Assembly: GCA_018062105.1 (NCBI GenBank)
Contig: JAGOSV010000001.1
Location: 18,346 to 82,345, forward strand
Direction: 5' to 3'
Length of the DNA: 64,000 nt
DNA from: Sterolibacterium sp.
Lineage (GTDB): Bacteria; Pseudomonadota; Gammaproteobacteria; Burkholderiales; Rhodocyclaceae
A program made the translations under genes and the position numbers. Below, piece after piece: positions 10,428-20,500 of the stretch. Under the pieces are notes generated by a model. It was not told the DNA's origin and made no database searches. It saw nothing but the letters and a program-made list of their open reading frames with translations. Positions within the stretch are counted from its first letter, which is position 1; every line of letters starts with the position of its first letter.

Positions 10428-12122
10428 TTACGATGCCTTTTCACAAACGTAGCGACCCGGTGCAAATTCGATGACCGGATAGCGGGTATTTCCAAGTTTT
10501 TCCTTTGATTTTCGTGACTTACCGGAAAATTCTCGTAGCCAGGCAAACCAGGCTGGCCACCAGCTGCCAGGCTGCTCCCTGGCCGATACCAGCCATTGCT
10601 CGGCCTCACTCTGGGCATGGTCAGGAGTGCACCAGTAACTGCGCCGATTCTTGGCTGGCGGATTGATAACGCCTGCGATATGGCCGCTCGCGCCCAACAG
10701 AAAGGTCGTCGGGCCAGCGAGCAGGTGGCGCGAACGATACGCCGATTGCCAGGGCACGATGTGGTCCTCGCGCGAGGCATACAGGAAGGTGGGCATATCC
10801 ACCTTGCCCAGATCGATCGGCATACCACACACGCTCAGCTGACCGGGCTGGCACAGGCGGTTTTCCAGGTACAGGTGGCGCAGATACCAGGCGGCAAACG
10901 GGCCGGGGAGGTTGGTGCTGTCGGCATTCCAGTAGAGCAGGTCGAATGCTGCCGGCTTGCTGCCCTTGAGATAATTGCCCACCACATAGGGCCAGACCAG
11001 GTCATTGGCACGCAGGCTGGAAAACACTGTTGCCAGTTCCTGTCCCGTCATTAGCCCACCCTGGCCGATGCTGGTCTCGCGGGCAGCAACGGCCGCTTCG
11101 TCGATGAACACGCCCAATTCACCAGGGTCGCTGAAGTCGAGCAGGGTGGTCAGCAAGGTCAGCGAAGCCACCGGATTCTCACCGCGTGCGCGTGCCACGG
11201 CCAGGGCTGTGGTCAGCAAGGTGCCACCGACGCAGAAACCGAGGGCATTGACCTGGGCACTCCTGCTGATGTCACGCGCCACAGTCAGAGCCGCCAGCAC
11301 CCCATGTTCGATGTAGTGATCCCAGGTCCAGGTGCCCTGAGCCGCTTGCGGATTGCGCCACGACACCAGGAACACGGTATGTCCTTCGGCCACGAGCTGG
11401 CGCACCAGCGAATTTTCCGGTTGCAGGTCGAGAATGTAGTACTTGTTGATGCAGGGTGGGATGATGACCAGCGGCCGCGTGCCGACATGAGCAGTCAGCG
11501 GCGCATACTGAATCAGCTGTATCACCTCATTTTCAAAAATGATGGCGCCGGCGGTCGTCGCCAGATTGCGACCCACCTCAAAAGCCGTCTCATCGCTCAT
11601 CGAGATGCGCCCGCGGGCAAGGTCGGCCAGCAGGTTCTGTATTCCCGTCGTGATGCTCGCGCCCTGTGTTGCCAGCGCAGTCTGGATGAATTCCGGATTG
11701 GTCGCGGCGAAATTGGCCGGTGACAGGGCATCAATACATTGGCGTGTCGCAAATTGCAGCTTTTGCCGGGCCTTGTCCTCCTCGATGGGCAGTAACGCCA
11801 GACAGCGCTGGAGGAATTCAGAATTGAGCAGATAGGCTCGCCGCAGATGATCGTAAAACGGACTTGAGGCCCAGGCCGGCGCCGAAAAACGTGCATCCAT
11901 GGGCGACGGCGTATCGCTGGCCGCCTCTCTTGTCTGCCACAGCCGGGCATGACGCTGGGCGAACTCTTGCTGAAGCGCTTTCAGGGCCACGGAAATTTCA
12001 GGTGTCAATGCCGGCGATGCAGCCGGCGATGCAGGCAAGGCCGCCAGGACTCGCAAGACATCCTGCCCGGAAGCAAACAGTGTTTGTGCCATTCGCGCGG
12101 ACAGATCAGGAGGCTGGGGCAT
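10428..12122 (-). CDS. phaC: Class I PHA synthase
   Basis: PPCINKYYILDL, lipase box GFCVGG, FDLLYWNAD, EDHIVP, SGHIAG, GSWW. Start codon uncertain. Confidence 0.95.
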   Translation of the reverse strand: MPQPPDLSARMAQTLFASGQDVLRVLAALPASPAASPALTPEISVALKALQQEFAQRHARLWQTREAASDTPSPMDARFSAPAWASSPFYDHLRRAYLLNSEFLQRCLALLPIEEDKARQKLQFATRQCIDALSPANFAATNPEFIQTALATQGASITTGIQNLLADLARGRISMSDETAFEVGRNLATTAGAIIFENEVIQLIQYAPLTAHVGTRPLVIIPPCINKYYILDLQPENSLVRQLVAEGHTVFLVSWRNPQAAQGTWTWDHYIEHGVLAALTVARDISRSAQVNALGFCVGGTLLTTALAVARARGENPVASLTLLTTLLDFSDPGELGVFIDEAAVAARETSIGQGGLMTGQELATVFSSLRANDLVWPYVVGNYLKGSKPAAFDLLYWNADSTNLPGPFAAWYLRHLYLENRLCQPGQLSVCGMPIDLGKVDMPTFLYASREDHIVPWQSAYRSRHLLAGPTTFLLGASGHIAGVINPPAKNRRSYWCTPDHAQSEAEQWLVSAREQPGSWWPAWFAWLREFSGKSRKSKEKLGNTRYPVIEFAPGRYVCEKAS

Positions 12123-12325
12123 GCGCACTCCGGTACCGGGGAAGGTAGAGATGGGGGAATAAGGCCAAGGCCAAGGCCGTGACAGGGCGGGTACGGGATA
12201 AAACAGGATCGGGCCGGATGGCAGGCAGGTCTGGAACCTTGGCGTGCGGCAGCATGACGTGGTTTTTCCATACCCGAGGCAGGAAACGGGAGCGGATTTT
12301 GTGCCGTTCACCCTCCGGGTGTCAA

Positions 12326-12365
12326 GGCAAAGATAGGCAAAGGTGGGCAAAGGTGGGCAAAGGTG
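12326..12365. repeat. Decamer tandem repeat (GGCAAAGGTG)x3 preceded by GGCAAAGATA
   Basis: Read directly upstream of phaC; (AAGGCC)x3 also occurs at 12161-12178. Confidence 0.9.
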
Positions 12366-12491
12366 AACCGTCTTCCGTAATCGTCTGAAAATCCGGACTA
12401 AATATGCGAAGTCAGGATGTTTCGAGACAAATGGCCTGTAAGACGCAGAAACGAGGGAAGTGCGGTGGTGTGAAGTCAGGAGGCAGGAACG

Positions 12492-12524
12492 AAAAACCCC
12501 GCACAGACTGGCGTCTGCCGGGGT
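12492..12524 (-). terminator. Probable intrinsic terminator after tRNA-Ser
   Basis: Hairpin accccg(ca)cagac-tggc-gtctg(c)cggggt, followed on the minus strand by a T-run. Confidence 0.65.
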
Positions 12525-12561
12525 CTAACGTCCGGTCAAAGACCGGTTTTGCCGATGTTAC

Positions 12562-12654
12562 TGGCGGAGACGAAGGGATTCGAACCCTTGATGCAGGTTT
12601 TGCCCGCATGCTCCCTTAGCAGGGGAGTGCCTTCGACCTCTCGGCCACGTCTCC
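12562..12654 (-). tRNA. tRNA-Ser (anticodon GCT)
   Basis: Minus strand reads GGAGACGTGGCCGAGAGGTCGAAGGCACTCCCCT-GCT-AAGGGAG, then a long variable arm, AAGGGTTCGAATCCCTT and CGTCTCCG-CCA; 93 nt. Confidence 0.97.
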
Positions 12655-12672
12655 AACCCTTCAAGAGGCGCG

Positions 12673-12702
12673 ATAATACTTGGTTCTAGGGCTTTTGGTC
12701 AA
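12673..12702 (-). promoter_or_regulatory. sigma70 promoter of tRNA-Ser
   Basis: Minus strand TTGACC-N18-TATTAT followed by a GC-rich discriminator (CGCGCC), typical of stable-RNA promoters. Confidence 0.7.
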
Positions 12703-12812
12703 ACAGGTTTTATGGGTTTTGCGAGTTTTTCGGGATTCATGGGGTTTGTACTGCGGTTTGCGTTGCTTGGGCTGCGCTGTGCTTGATATATGGGGGATGC
12801 TTCTGGAGATGT

Positions 12813-13598
12813 TTACAGTGAGATGAGTCGTGCGGGTGCTTGCAGGTGTGTGAGCAGTGGTTGCAGACCGAGGGCGGGCAGGGCAGCGTGCAGGGCGGCT
12901 GGGCGGGCGGTGGCTTGCAGGATGAGGTGGCCGCGTCCTGCCGGAGCTTGGGCGGTACGGCGCACGACTTCGCGGGCGACGGCATCGGCGACTTCGACCA
13001 GTTGGGCGCGTCCGTGAATCAGTGGTTGGATCAGGGGGGCAAGGAAGGCGTAGTGGGTACAGCCCAGGACAATGCGGTCGACACCCCGGTCGAGCAGGGG
13101 CTGGATGCGCCCGGCAATGTCATCGGCGAAGTTTGGGTCGGCAAGATGCAGGGTTTCGACACGGGTAGCCCAGCCGGGACAGGGAGTGACATGTACGTCG
13201 AGATGGCTGGCGTGGGTTTTGATGAGCGTTTGCAGACGGGGGCTGCGGGCAGTGGATTCGGTGGCGAGAACAGCGATATGGCCGGTGCGTGAAGCGGCGG
13301 CGGCCGGTTTGATACCGGGCTCGATGCCGATGACGGCCAGCGTTGGATGTGCCTGGCGCAGGGATTGGACGGCGGCGACGGTGGCGGTATTGCAGGCGAC
13401 GACGAGGGTGCTGCAGCCCTCGGCTACCAGGTGGGCACCGAGGGTCAGCACTCGGGCGCGGATGAAGGCTTCCGGCTTGTCGCCGTAGGGCACCTGGGCG
13501 GTGTCGGCGAGGTAGAGCAGATCGGCTTGCGGCAGGGCGCGGGCGATGGCCGAGAGTACCGACAGCCCACCCAGACCAGAGTCGAAGAGTCCGATCAT
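12813..13598 (-). CDS. murI: Glutamate racemase
   Basis: IGLFDSGLGGLSV, PYGDK, ACNTAT, LGCTHY. Confidence 0.95.
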   Translation of the reverse strand: MIGLFDSGLGGLSVLSAIARALPQADLLYLADTAQVPYGDKPEAFIRARVLTLGAHLVAEGCSTLVVACNTATVAAVQSLRQAHPTLAVIGIEPGIKPAAAASRTGHIAVLATESTARSPRLQTLIKTHASHLDVHVTPCPGWATRVETLHLADPNFADDIAGRIQPLLDRGVDRIVLGCTHYAFLAPLIQPLIHGRAQLVEVADAVAREVVRRTAQAPAGRGHLILQATARPAALHAALPALGLQPLLTHLQAPARLISL

Positions 13599-13638
13599 GG
13601 CGGTGGTGGGCTGCCGGCGGCAGGCACTGGGATGCTGA

Positions 13639-15165
13639 TCAGCCCTTGACGACGGGAATCTTGCCGATGCGGGCCTGCCATTGCTGCGGACCGGTGTTGT
13701 GCACGGAGATGCCGGTAGCATCGACGGCGACGGTGACTGGCATATCTTTGACCTCGAATTCGTAGATGGCTTCCATGCCCAGATCGGCAAAGCCGACGAC
13801 TTTGGCGGCCTTGATGGCCTTGGAAACCAGATAGGCCGCACCACCGACGGCCATGAGGTAGGCCGATTTGTGCTGTTTGATGGATTCGATGGCGGCCGGG
13901 CCGCGCTCGGCTTTGCCGACCATGGCGATGAGGCCGGTTTTTTCGAGCATCATGTCGGTGAATTTGTCCATGCGCGTGGCGGTGGTGGGGCCGGCCGGGC
14001 CGACCACTTCGTCGCGCACCGGGTCGACCGGGCCGACGTAGTAGATGACGCGGTTGGTGAAGTCGACCGGCAGCTTTTCACCCTTGGCCAGCATGTCCTG
14101 GATGCGCTTGTGGGCAGCGTCGCGGCCGGTCAGGAGGCGGCCGTTGAGCAGCAGGACATCGCCGGGTTTCCAGCCGGCGATTTCTGCCCGGGTCAGGGTG
14201 TCGAGATTGACGCGCTTGCCTTTGCTGGTGTCGTAGGTGAGGCGGGGCCAGTCGTCGAGATTGGGCGGCTCCAGCCGGGCCGGACCCGAGCCGTCGAGAT
14301 GAAAATGGATGTGACGGGTGGCCGCACAGTTTGGGATCATCGCGACGGGCTTGCCGGCGGCATGGGTGGGGTAGTCGAGAATCTTGATGTCGAGGACAGT
14401 GGTGAGTCCGCCCAGGCCCTGTGCGCCGATGCCCAGCGCATTGACCTTTTCCAGCAGTTCGAGGCGCAGTTCTTCGACGCGGCTAAGCTTTTCGCCGCGT
14501 GCGGCCTTTTCCTTGACCAGATGAATGTCGACGGGCGCCATCAGCGATTCCTTGGCCAGTAGCATGGCTTTTTCGGGCGTGCCGCCGATGCCGATGCCCA
14601 GCATCCCTGGCGGGCACCAGCCGGCACCCATGGTGGGGACGGTTTTGAGTATCCAGTCGACGATGGAGTCGGAGGGGTTGAGTGCGGCGAATTTGGATTT
14701 GTTTTCGGAGCCGCCGCCCTTGGCCGCGCAGATGACTTCGACATGGTCACCCGGCACGATTTCGTAATGCACCACAGCCGGGGTGTTGTCCTGGGTGTTC
14801 TTGCGTAGCCCGTCCGGGTCGGAGAGGACGGAGGCGCGCAGCTTGTTGTCGGCATTCAGATAGGCGCGATGCACGCCTTCGTTGACCATTTCCTGTACCG
14901 AGAGCGTGGCATCCCATTGAACATTCATGCCGACCTTGAGGAAGACGACGGCGATGCCGGTATCCTGGCAGATGGGGCGGTGGCCTTCGGCGCACATGCG
15001 GGAGTTGATGAGGATCTGGGCGATGGCATCCTTGGCTGCCGGGCTTTCTTCGCGCTCATAGGCTTCGGTCAGGGATTTGATGAAGTCGACGGGGTGGTAG
15101 TAGCTGATGTACTGGTAGGCGTCGGCGATGCTCTGGATGAAATCTTCCTGACGGATGATGGCCAT
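13639..15165 (-). CDS. Class I (Fe-S) fumarate hydratase
   Basis: RPICQDTG, AKGGGSENKS, GWCPPG, GLGG, NCAATR, TGRDAAH, AGPTTATRM. Confidence 0.95.
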   Translation of the reverse strand: MAIIRQEDFIQSIADAYQYISYYHPVDFIKSLTEAYEREESPAAKDAIAQILINSRMCAEGHRPICQDTGIAVVFLKVGMNVQWDATLSVQEMVNEGVHRAYLNADNKLRASVLSDPDGLRKNTQDNTPAVVHYEIVPGDHVEVICAAKGGGSENKSKFAALNPSDSIVDWILKTVPTMGAGWCPPGMLGIGIGGTPEKAMLLAKESLMAPVDIHLVKEKAARGEKLSRVEELRLELLEKVNALGIGAQGLGGLTTVLDIKILDYPTHAAGKPVAMIPNCAATRHIHFHLDGSGPARLEPPNLDDWPRLTYDTSKGKRVNLDTLTRAEIAGWKPGDVLLLNGRLLTGRDAAHKRIQDMLAKGEKLPVDFTNRVIYYVGPVDPVRDEVVGPAGPTTATRMDKFTDMMLEKTGLIAMVGKAERGPAAIESIKQHKSAYLMAVGGAAYLVSKAIKAAKVVGFADLGMEAIYEFEVKDMPVTVAVDATGISVHNTGPQQWQARIGKIPVVKG

Positions 15166-15208
15166 GGTGAATTTCCTGGAATGAGGAGAGAGGAAAGAGA
15201 TGTTGGAG

Positions 15209-15745
15209 TCAGTGGGCTTGCCGGGTCAGTAGCAAGGAGCCATTCATGATGCGATCTACCCAGGCTATGACCAGGGCGGAGAGCAGGAAGGTCATGTGGA
15301 TGGCAACCTGCCAGAGGATGGCGCGATCGGGAAGGTTGCTGACGTTGATGAAAGTCTTCAGCAGGTGGATGGAGGAGATGCTGATGATGGCGGTTGACAG
15401 CTTGATCTTCAGCACGCCGGCGTTGACGTGCGACAGCCATTCCGGCTGGTCTTCATGGCCTTCGATGTCGAGGCGCGAGACGAAGGTTTCGTAGCCGCCG
15501 ATGATGACCATGATCAGCAGGTTGGCAATCATCACCACGTCGATCAGGCCCAGCACGGTCAGCATGACATCGTTGTCGCTCATCGTGCCTGCCTTGCTGA
15601 TGAGGTGCGACAGTTCGAGCATGAACTGATAGACGTAGACGCACTGGGCGGCGATCAGCCCGAGGTAGAGGGGGGCTTGTAGCCAGCGGCTCCAGAAGAT
15701 GAAGCCTTCCATGGCACGCAGCGGGCGTAAGGAGGATGTTTTCAC
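15209..15745 (-). CDS. TIGR00645 / UPF0114 family membrane protein
   Basis: SRWLQAPLYLGL, LGLIDVVMIANLLIMVIIGGYETFVS, SSIHLLKTF. Confidence 0.85.
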   Translation of the reverse strand: MKTSSLRPLRAMEGFIFWSRWLQAPLYLGLIAAQCVYVYQFMLELSHLISKAGTMSDNDVMLTVLGLIDVVMIANLLIMVIIGGYETFVSRLDIEGHEDQPEWLSHVNAGVLKIKLSTAIISISSIHLLKTFINVSNLPDRAILWQVAIHMTFLLSALVIAWVDRIMNGSLLLTRQAH

Positions 15746-15830
15746 GATGATTTAGTTTGATTCAGTTAAACAGGAAAGCCGCAAATTCTAGCACTGGCGA
15801 CAGGACTGCCTGGCAGGATAGACCGTCTGT

Positions 15831-18800
15831 TCAGGGCGCTTGCATGTTATGAACATGATCGGTGGCAGGAGGAGGATGCTGGATAAGCCGGTGTCGCTGG
15901 CGACGCACCCAGTCGATGAATTGGTCGACATAGGAGAAGGCAACCGGAATGACCAGCAGGCTGAGGAAGGTGGAGCTGATGAGGCCGCCGATGACGACGA
16001 TGGCCATGGGTGAGCGGAAACTCGGATCGGTGCCCAGCCCGAGGGCGATGGGGAGCATGCCGGCACCCATGGCGATGGTGGTCATCAGGATGGGGCGGGC
16101 CCGTTTGCGGCAGGCATCGAGCAGTGCTGCGCGTTTTTCCAGGCCGTGGTCACGATGGGCGATGATGGCGTAATCAATCAGCAGGATGGAATTTTTGGTG
16201 GCAATGCCCATCAACATGATGAGGCCGATCATGGAGGGCATGGAGATGGGCTTTTGGGTGACGAACAGGGCAATGAAGGCACCGGGCACCGATAGCACCA
16301 GCGCCAGCAGGATGGTCAGCGGGTGAATGAAGTCCTTGAATAGCAGTACCAGCACGACGTAGATACACAGCACGCCGGCGGACATGGCCAGGGTGAATCC
16401 TGCGTTGAGTTCGGCCATGGACTCGGCATCGCCGACGGTGGCCTGGAGGATGCCCGAGGGACGGTTCTTGACGCTGGGCAGGTTGATCGCGGCACGTTCG
16501 ACATCGCCCAGCGGCTGGCTGTTGAGCTCGATTTCGAAGTTGATGTTGCGCATGCGGTCATAACGGTCGATTTCCGCCGGGCCGCCGCTGATGGAAAGTG
16601 AGGCAACGCTGCCCAGCATCACCGGGCCGTTTTTCCCGGGCAGACGCAGACGTTCCAGCAGGGCCAGATCGGTGCGGGCGGTGGGCGGCAGCTTGACGAC
16701 GAGAGGAATCTGGCGCTGTTCCAGATTGAGCTTAGCGAGTCCCTGGTCGTAATCGCCGCTGGTGGCGATGCGCAGGGTGTCGGCAATGTCAGCCGAGGTG
16801 AGTCCTTGTTCGGCCATACGCGTGAAATCTGGCTTGATGATGAGTTCCGGGCGCACCAGGCTGGCGCTGGAGAGGACGCTGCCGATGCCGGGGATGGTGC
16901 GTAGTTCGGCTTCGACCTTGCGGGCTTGTGTGGCCAGCAGGGTACTGTTTTCGCTGGCCAGCACCAGGGTGTATTTTTCGGCGGCCGAACCCAGGCCGAT
17001 CTTGAGGCGGACACCGGGCAGGGCGGCTAGCCGCTGGCGCAAATCGCGTTCGATGTCCTGTTTGGTGATGCCACGCCGGTCTTCACGCGGACTGAGGTTG
17101 AGCGTCAGGGTGGCTTTGCGTACTTCGCCGGCACCGGCAGCGACGAATACATCGCTGCCCGAGCGGCCGCCACCGATGGCGGTGTAGATCATCTTGACGT
17201 GCGGATGCTGGCGGATCAGCTGGCGTGCCTGTTCGGCAGCGGCATAGGTGTCCTGATAGGTACTGCCGGGGGGCAATGAGAGATGGACTTGTGTTTGTGA
17301 ATAATCATCTGGCGGGATGAAGCCGGAGGGTAGCAGCGGAACCAGCAGGAATGAGCCAAGGAAAAAACCGGCCGTGACCAGCAGGGTGGCCGGGCGGTGG
17401 TTCAGGCAGGCGCGTACCCAGGTGTCGTAGATGGCCAGCCAGCGGGGTTCCGGGTGTTCGCGGGCATCCGGTTTCATCAGGTAGGCCGCCATCATGGGGG
17501 TCAGCATGCGGGCGACGACCAGCGAGAGGAATACAGCAATGGAGGCCGTCCAGCCGAACTGGACGAAATATTTTCCAGGGATGCCGCCCATGAAGGCCGT
17601 GGGCAGGAAGACGGCAATCAGGGCGAAGGTGGTGGCGATCACGGCCAGGCCGATTTCATCGGCAGCTTCCATGGCGGCTTGCCTGGGTGTTTTGCCGGCA
17701 GCCAGATGGCGCACGATGTTTTCGATTTCGACGATGGCATCATCGACCAGTACGCCGATGACCAGCGACAGCGAGAGCAGGGTGACGATGCTGAGTGGAT
17801 AGCCCAGCGGGTGGATGATGGCGAAGGTGGGGATGATGGATAACGGCAGGGCGGTGGCCGAGATGAAGGTGGCGCGCCGGTCGCGCAGGAAGACCCAGAC
17901 CACTACGATGGCCAGCAGCGCACCTTCGATCAGGAGTTTCATCGAGCCTTCGTAGTTGTCGATGACCGGATCGACGAAGTTGAAGGCTTCGGTGATTTCG
18001 ATACCCGGGTGGTCGGCTTTTAGCTGGGCGAGTTTTTCTCGCACGTTTTTCATTACCGTGACCGCGCCAATACCCCGACTGCGGGTGACTTCAAAGGCGA
18101 CGACGGGTTTGCCATCGAGCAGCGCACCACTGCGTTGTTCCGTGACGGTGTCCTGGATGTGGGCCACACGGTCGAGGCGGATGCGGCGTCCGTCGGCCAG
18201 GGGGATTTCGAGCGCTGCCAGCTCGCTGGCGCTGGCGACCGTCGCGACAGTGCGTACCGTCTGCTCGATGCCACCGATGTCGGTTCGACCACCGGCGGCA
18301 TCCTGTTGTACCCGGCGTAACTGGCGCGAGACTTCAGCCGCCGTGACGTTGAGTGCCAGCATGCGGGACGGATCCAGCTCGATGCGTACCTCCCGGCTCA
18401 GCCCGCCCACACGACTGACGCTACCAACTCCGCGGGCTGCCAGCAGTTTCTTGGTGACATCGTGATCGATGAACCAGGATAGCGCCTCGTCATCCATGCC
18501 CTGCGCGGCAATGGTGTAGGTCAGAATGGGACTGCCAGCAACATCCAGTTTTTCGATGATGGGTTCGCGCAGGTCAGCCGGCAGATCGGAACGGATGCGA
18601 CCGATGGCCGAGCGCACGTCGTCTAGGGCTTCCTGGGTGCGGGTTTCAAGACGGAATTCCGCCGAGATGGTGGCCGTGCCATCCTGGATGTGGGTGTAGA
18701 TGTGCTTCAGGCCGCGCAAGCCGGCGATGGCGTTTTCCATCTTGCGTGCCACCTCGGTTTCCATCTGGCTGGGGGCTGCACCCGGCAGGCTGGCGGTGAT

Positions 18801-18938
18801 GATGATCGAGGGCAGGTCGACATCCGGGAAATCCTGGATTTCCATGGCCCGAAAGGACAGGATGCCGGCCAGGCTGAGGATAAGAAACAGCAGGATGGCC
18901 GGGATGGGGTTGCGGATGCTCCAGGCAGAAACGTTCAT
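15831..18938 (-). CDS. RND efflux transporter permease (AcrB/MdtB-like)
   Basis: 1035 aa; WSIRNPI, GVLVDDAIVEIENI, MGIATKNSILLID, RARPILMTT. Confidence 0.95.
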   Translation of the reverse strand: MNVSAWSIRNPIPAILLFLILSLAGILSFRAMEIQDFPDVDLPSIIITASLPGAAPSQMETEVARKMENAIAGLRGLKHIYTHIQDGTATISAEFRLETRTQEALDDVRSAIGRIRSDLPADLREPIIEKLDVAGSPILTYTIAAQGMDDEALSWFIDHDVTKKLLAARGVGSVSRVGGLSREVRIELDPSRMLALNVTAAEVSRQLRRVQQDAAGGRTDIGGIEQTVRTVATVASASELAALEIPLADGRRIRLDRVAHIQDTVTEQRSGALLDGKPVVAFEVTRSRGIGAVTVMKNVREKLAQLKADHPGIEITEAFNFVDPVIDNYEGSMKLLIEGALLAIVVVWVFLRDRRATFISATALPLSIIPTFAIIHPLGYPLSIVTLLSLSLVIGVLVDDAIVEIENIVRHLAAGKTPRQAAMEAADEIGLAVIATTFALIAVFLPTAFMGGIPGKYFVQFGWTASIAVFLSLVVARMLTPMMAAYLMKPDAREHPEPRWLAIYDTWVRACLNHRPATLLVTAGFFLGSFLLVPLLPSGFIPPDDYSQTQVHLSLPPGSTYQDTYAAAEQARQLIRQHPHVKMIYTAIGGGRSGSDVFVAAGAGEVRKATLTLNLSPREDRRGITKQDIERDLRQRLAALPGVRLKIGLGSAAEKYTLVLASENSTLLATQARKVEAELRTIPGIGSVLSSASLVRPELIIKPDFTRMAEQGLTSADIADTLRIATSGDYDQGLAKLNLEQRQIPLVVKLPPTARTDLALLERLRLPGKNGPVMLGSVASLSISGGPAEIDRYDRMRNINFEIELNSQPLGDVERAAINLPSVKNRPSGILQATVGDAESMAELNAGFTLAMSAGVLCIYVVLVLLFKDFIHPLTILLALVLSVPGAFIALFVTQKPISMPSMIGLIMLMGIATKNSILLIDYAIIAHRDHGLEKRAALLDACRKRARPILMTTIAMGAGMLPIALGLGTDPSFRSPMAIVVIGGLISSTFLSLLVIPVAFSYVDQFIDWVRRQRHRLIQHPPPATDHVHNMQAP

Positions 18939-20203
18939 GGTGCGTCCGTTTGATTGTTCGCCTCGTTGCCTGTCCTGTCACCTGCCTGGCCAGATGCCGG
19001 ATCCACAGGGGCATCACTGACGACCTGGACGATGTCGCCCTCTGCCAGGAAACGTGCGCCCCGATCGACAACGGTGTCACCGACACTGAGTCCGTCGAGT
19101 ATTTCGATGCGGTTGTTGCTGTGGTTGCGGCTGCCGAGCCGGACGGACTTCAGGCGGGCACGGGCCGGCTGGCCGCTGACGGTGTAGACATAGGTGTGGC
19201 CATCACGTAGCACTACGGCACGTTGCGGTAGGGTCAGGGCACTTCCTTCGCCGGTGATGAGGGTGCCGCGCACGAACATGCCGGCCTTGAGATAGCGGGC
19301 AGCCTGGGCCGGAATGTCGAGATAGACGAGGCCGGTGCGGCTGCGTGGGTCGATGGCTGGCGCAACATTGCGCACTTTGGCTTCGAGCTGGTCCGGGGGC
19401 GAGTCCTTATCGCTATCTTCACTGCCATTTCTGCCCGGAGTCTCCGGCGCAAGCAGGATATGCGCCATCATGCCGGGGCGGATGAGCGTCAGTTGTTCGG
19501 CGGGTAATTCCACCTGCCATTCGAGACGTCCGCCACGAATCAGACGGAACAGTTCGTGGCCGGGCTGGGTCAATGAGCCGACCGTGGCATTGCGGGCGGA
19601 GATGATGCCGTCATCGGTGGCCACGATCCGGGTTTTGGACAGGTGCAGCTCGGCGTTTTCCAGCCGTGCCCGTGCTGCCTTGAGGCGTGCTTGCGAGGCC
19701 TGCTCGCCGGTGACGTACTGGGCGTTGGTCTGCGGGCTGTAAAACCCTTGTTCGCGCAGCAGCCGGGCACGTTCTGCATTGGCCTGGGCCTCGCTGGCGT
19801 AGGAGGAAAGCTCGCTGACGGCGGCGCGTGCTTCTTCCAGCTCGGCTGCGGCGGTTTCGTTGGCCAGCCGCGCCAGTACTTGTCCACGGCGCACCGTGTC
19901 GCCCACCTGGGTCATGACCTCTGTAATGCGCAATTGTCCCAGCTCGTTGCCGATGACGGCTTCCTGCCAGGCGCTGATGTTGCCATCGACCGTCAATTGC
20001 CGGGGCCAGTCGGTTTCCTGTACGCGGGTCAGCGTGACGGTCAGTGCCGGCTTGGGTTGGGTGGTGTCAGTGTGGGGTGTGCCGCTGTCGGGCCCAGGAC
20101 GCGGCCAGAGCCAGGCGAGGATCAGGATGAGAAGGAAGATGAGGGCGGCGATACCGGCATGTGTATGTTTTCGGTTCTGGAGTACCTGAAGAAGTGGCAG
20201 CAT
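18935..20203 (-). CDS. RND periplasmic adaptor (membrane fusion protein)
   Basis: N-terminal membrane anchor, VGDTVRRGQVLARL, helical hairpin, DDGIISAR, AGMFVRG; ATGA overlap with the permease. Confidence 0.92.
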   Translation of the reverse strand: MLPLLQVLQNRKHTHAGIAALIFLLILILAWLWPRPGPDSGTPHTDTTQPKPALTVTLTRVQETDWPRQLTVDGNISAWQEAVIGNELGQLRITEVMTQVGDTVRRGQVLARLANETAAAELEEARAAVSELSSYASEAQANAERARLLREQGFYSPQTNAQYVTGEQASQARLKAARARLENAELHLSKTRIVATDDGIISARNATVGSLTQPGHELFRLIRGGRLEWQVELPAEQLTLIRPGMMAHILLAPETPGRNGSEDSDKDSPPDQLEAKVRNVAPAIDPRSRTGLVYLDIPAQAARYLKAGMFVRGTLITGEGSALTLPQRAVVLRDGHTYVYTVSGQPARARLKSVRLGSRNHSNNRIEILDGLSVGDTVVDRGARFLAEGDIVQVVSDAPVDPASGQAGDRTGNEANNQTDAP

Positions 20204-20358
20204 GATAGGGAACGGGGCAGGGCGATGGGACAGAGCGATCGTGCGGCAACGCAGCAGCGTGACGGCGTGACAATGAATGGTGCTTGGCGATCCGGTGACC
20301 GGTGATCAGTGAGGCTACGCGGACACAGTCTCTGCCTGCGTTCGTCCGGAAACGTGCG

Positions 20359-20397
20359 ATTATGCTCCAACATTCGGGTAAAAAATTGGAGCATAAT
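20359..20397. promoter_or_regulatory. Perfect 12-bp inverted repeat ATTATGCTCCAA-N15-TTGGAGCATAAT between divergent genes
   Basis: Read directly; each arm ends in an outward-facing CATAAT. The regulatory role is inferred. Confidence 0.6.
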
Positions 20398-20500
20398 AGT
20401 CAGTTCCACTGGTTCCATCGGGCGTGCTGCCGGCCACAGGCTGTGCGGTCACGCTCCTGTTCTATCCCAACCTGTACACCTGTAACGTGAGGATGCTGAC

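Noticed and set aside
12123-12561. Possible integrated element at the tRNA-Ser 3' end
   Set aside because: Only a terminator and the phaC upstream region follow; no integrase or duplicated tRNA end seen.
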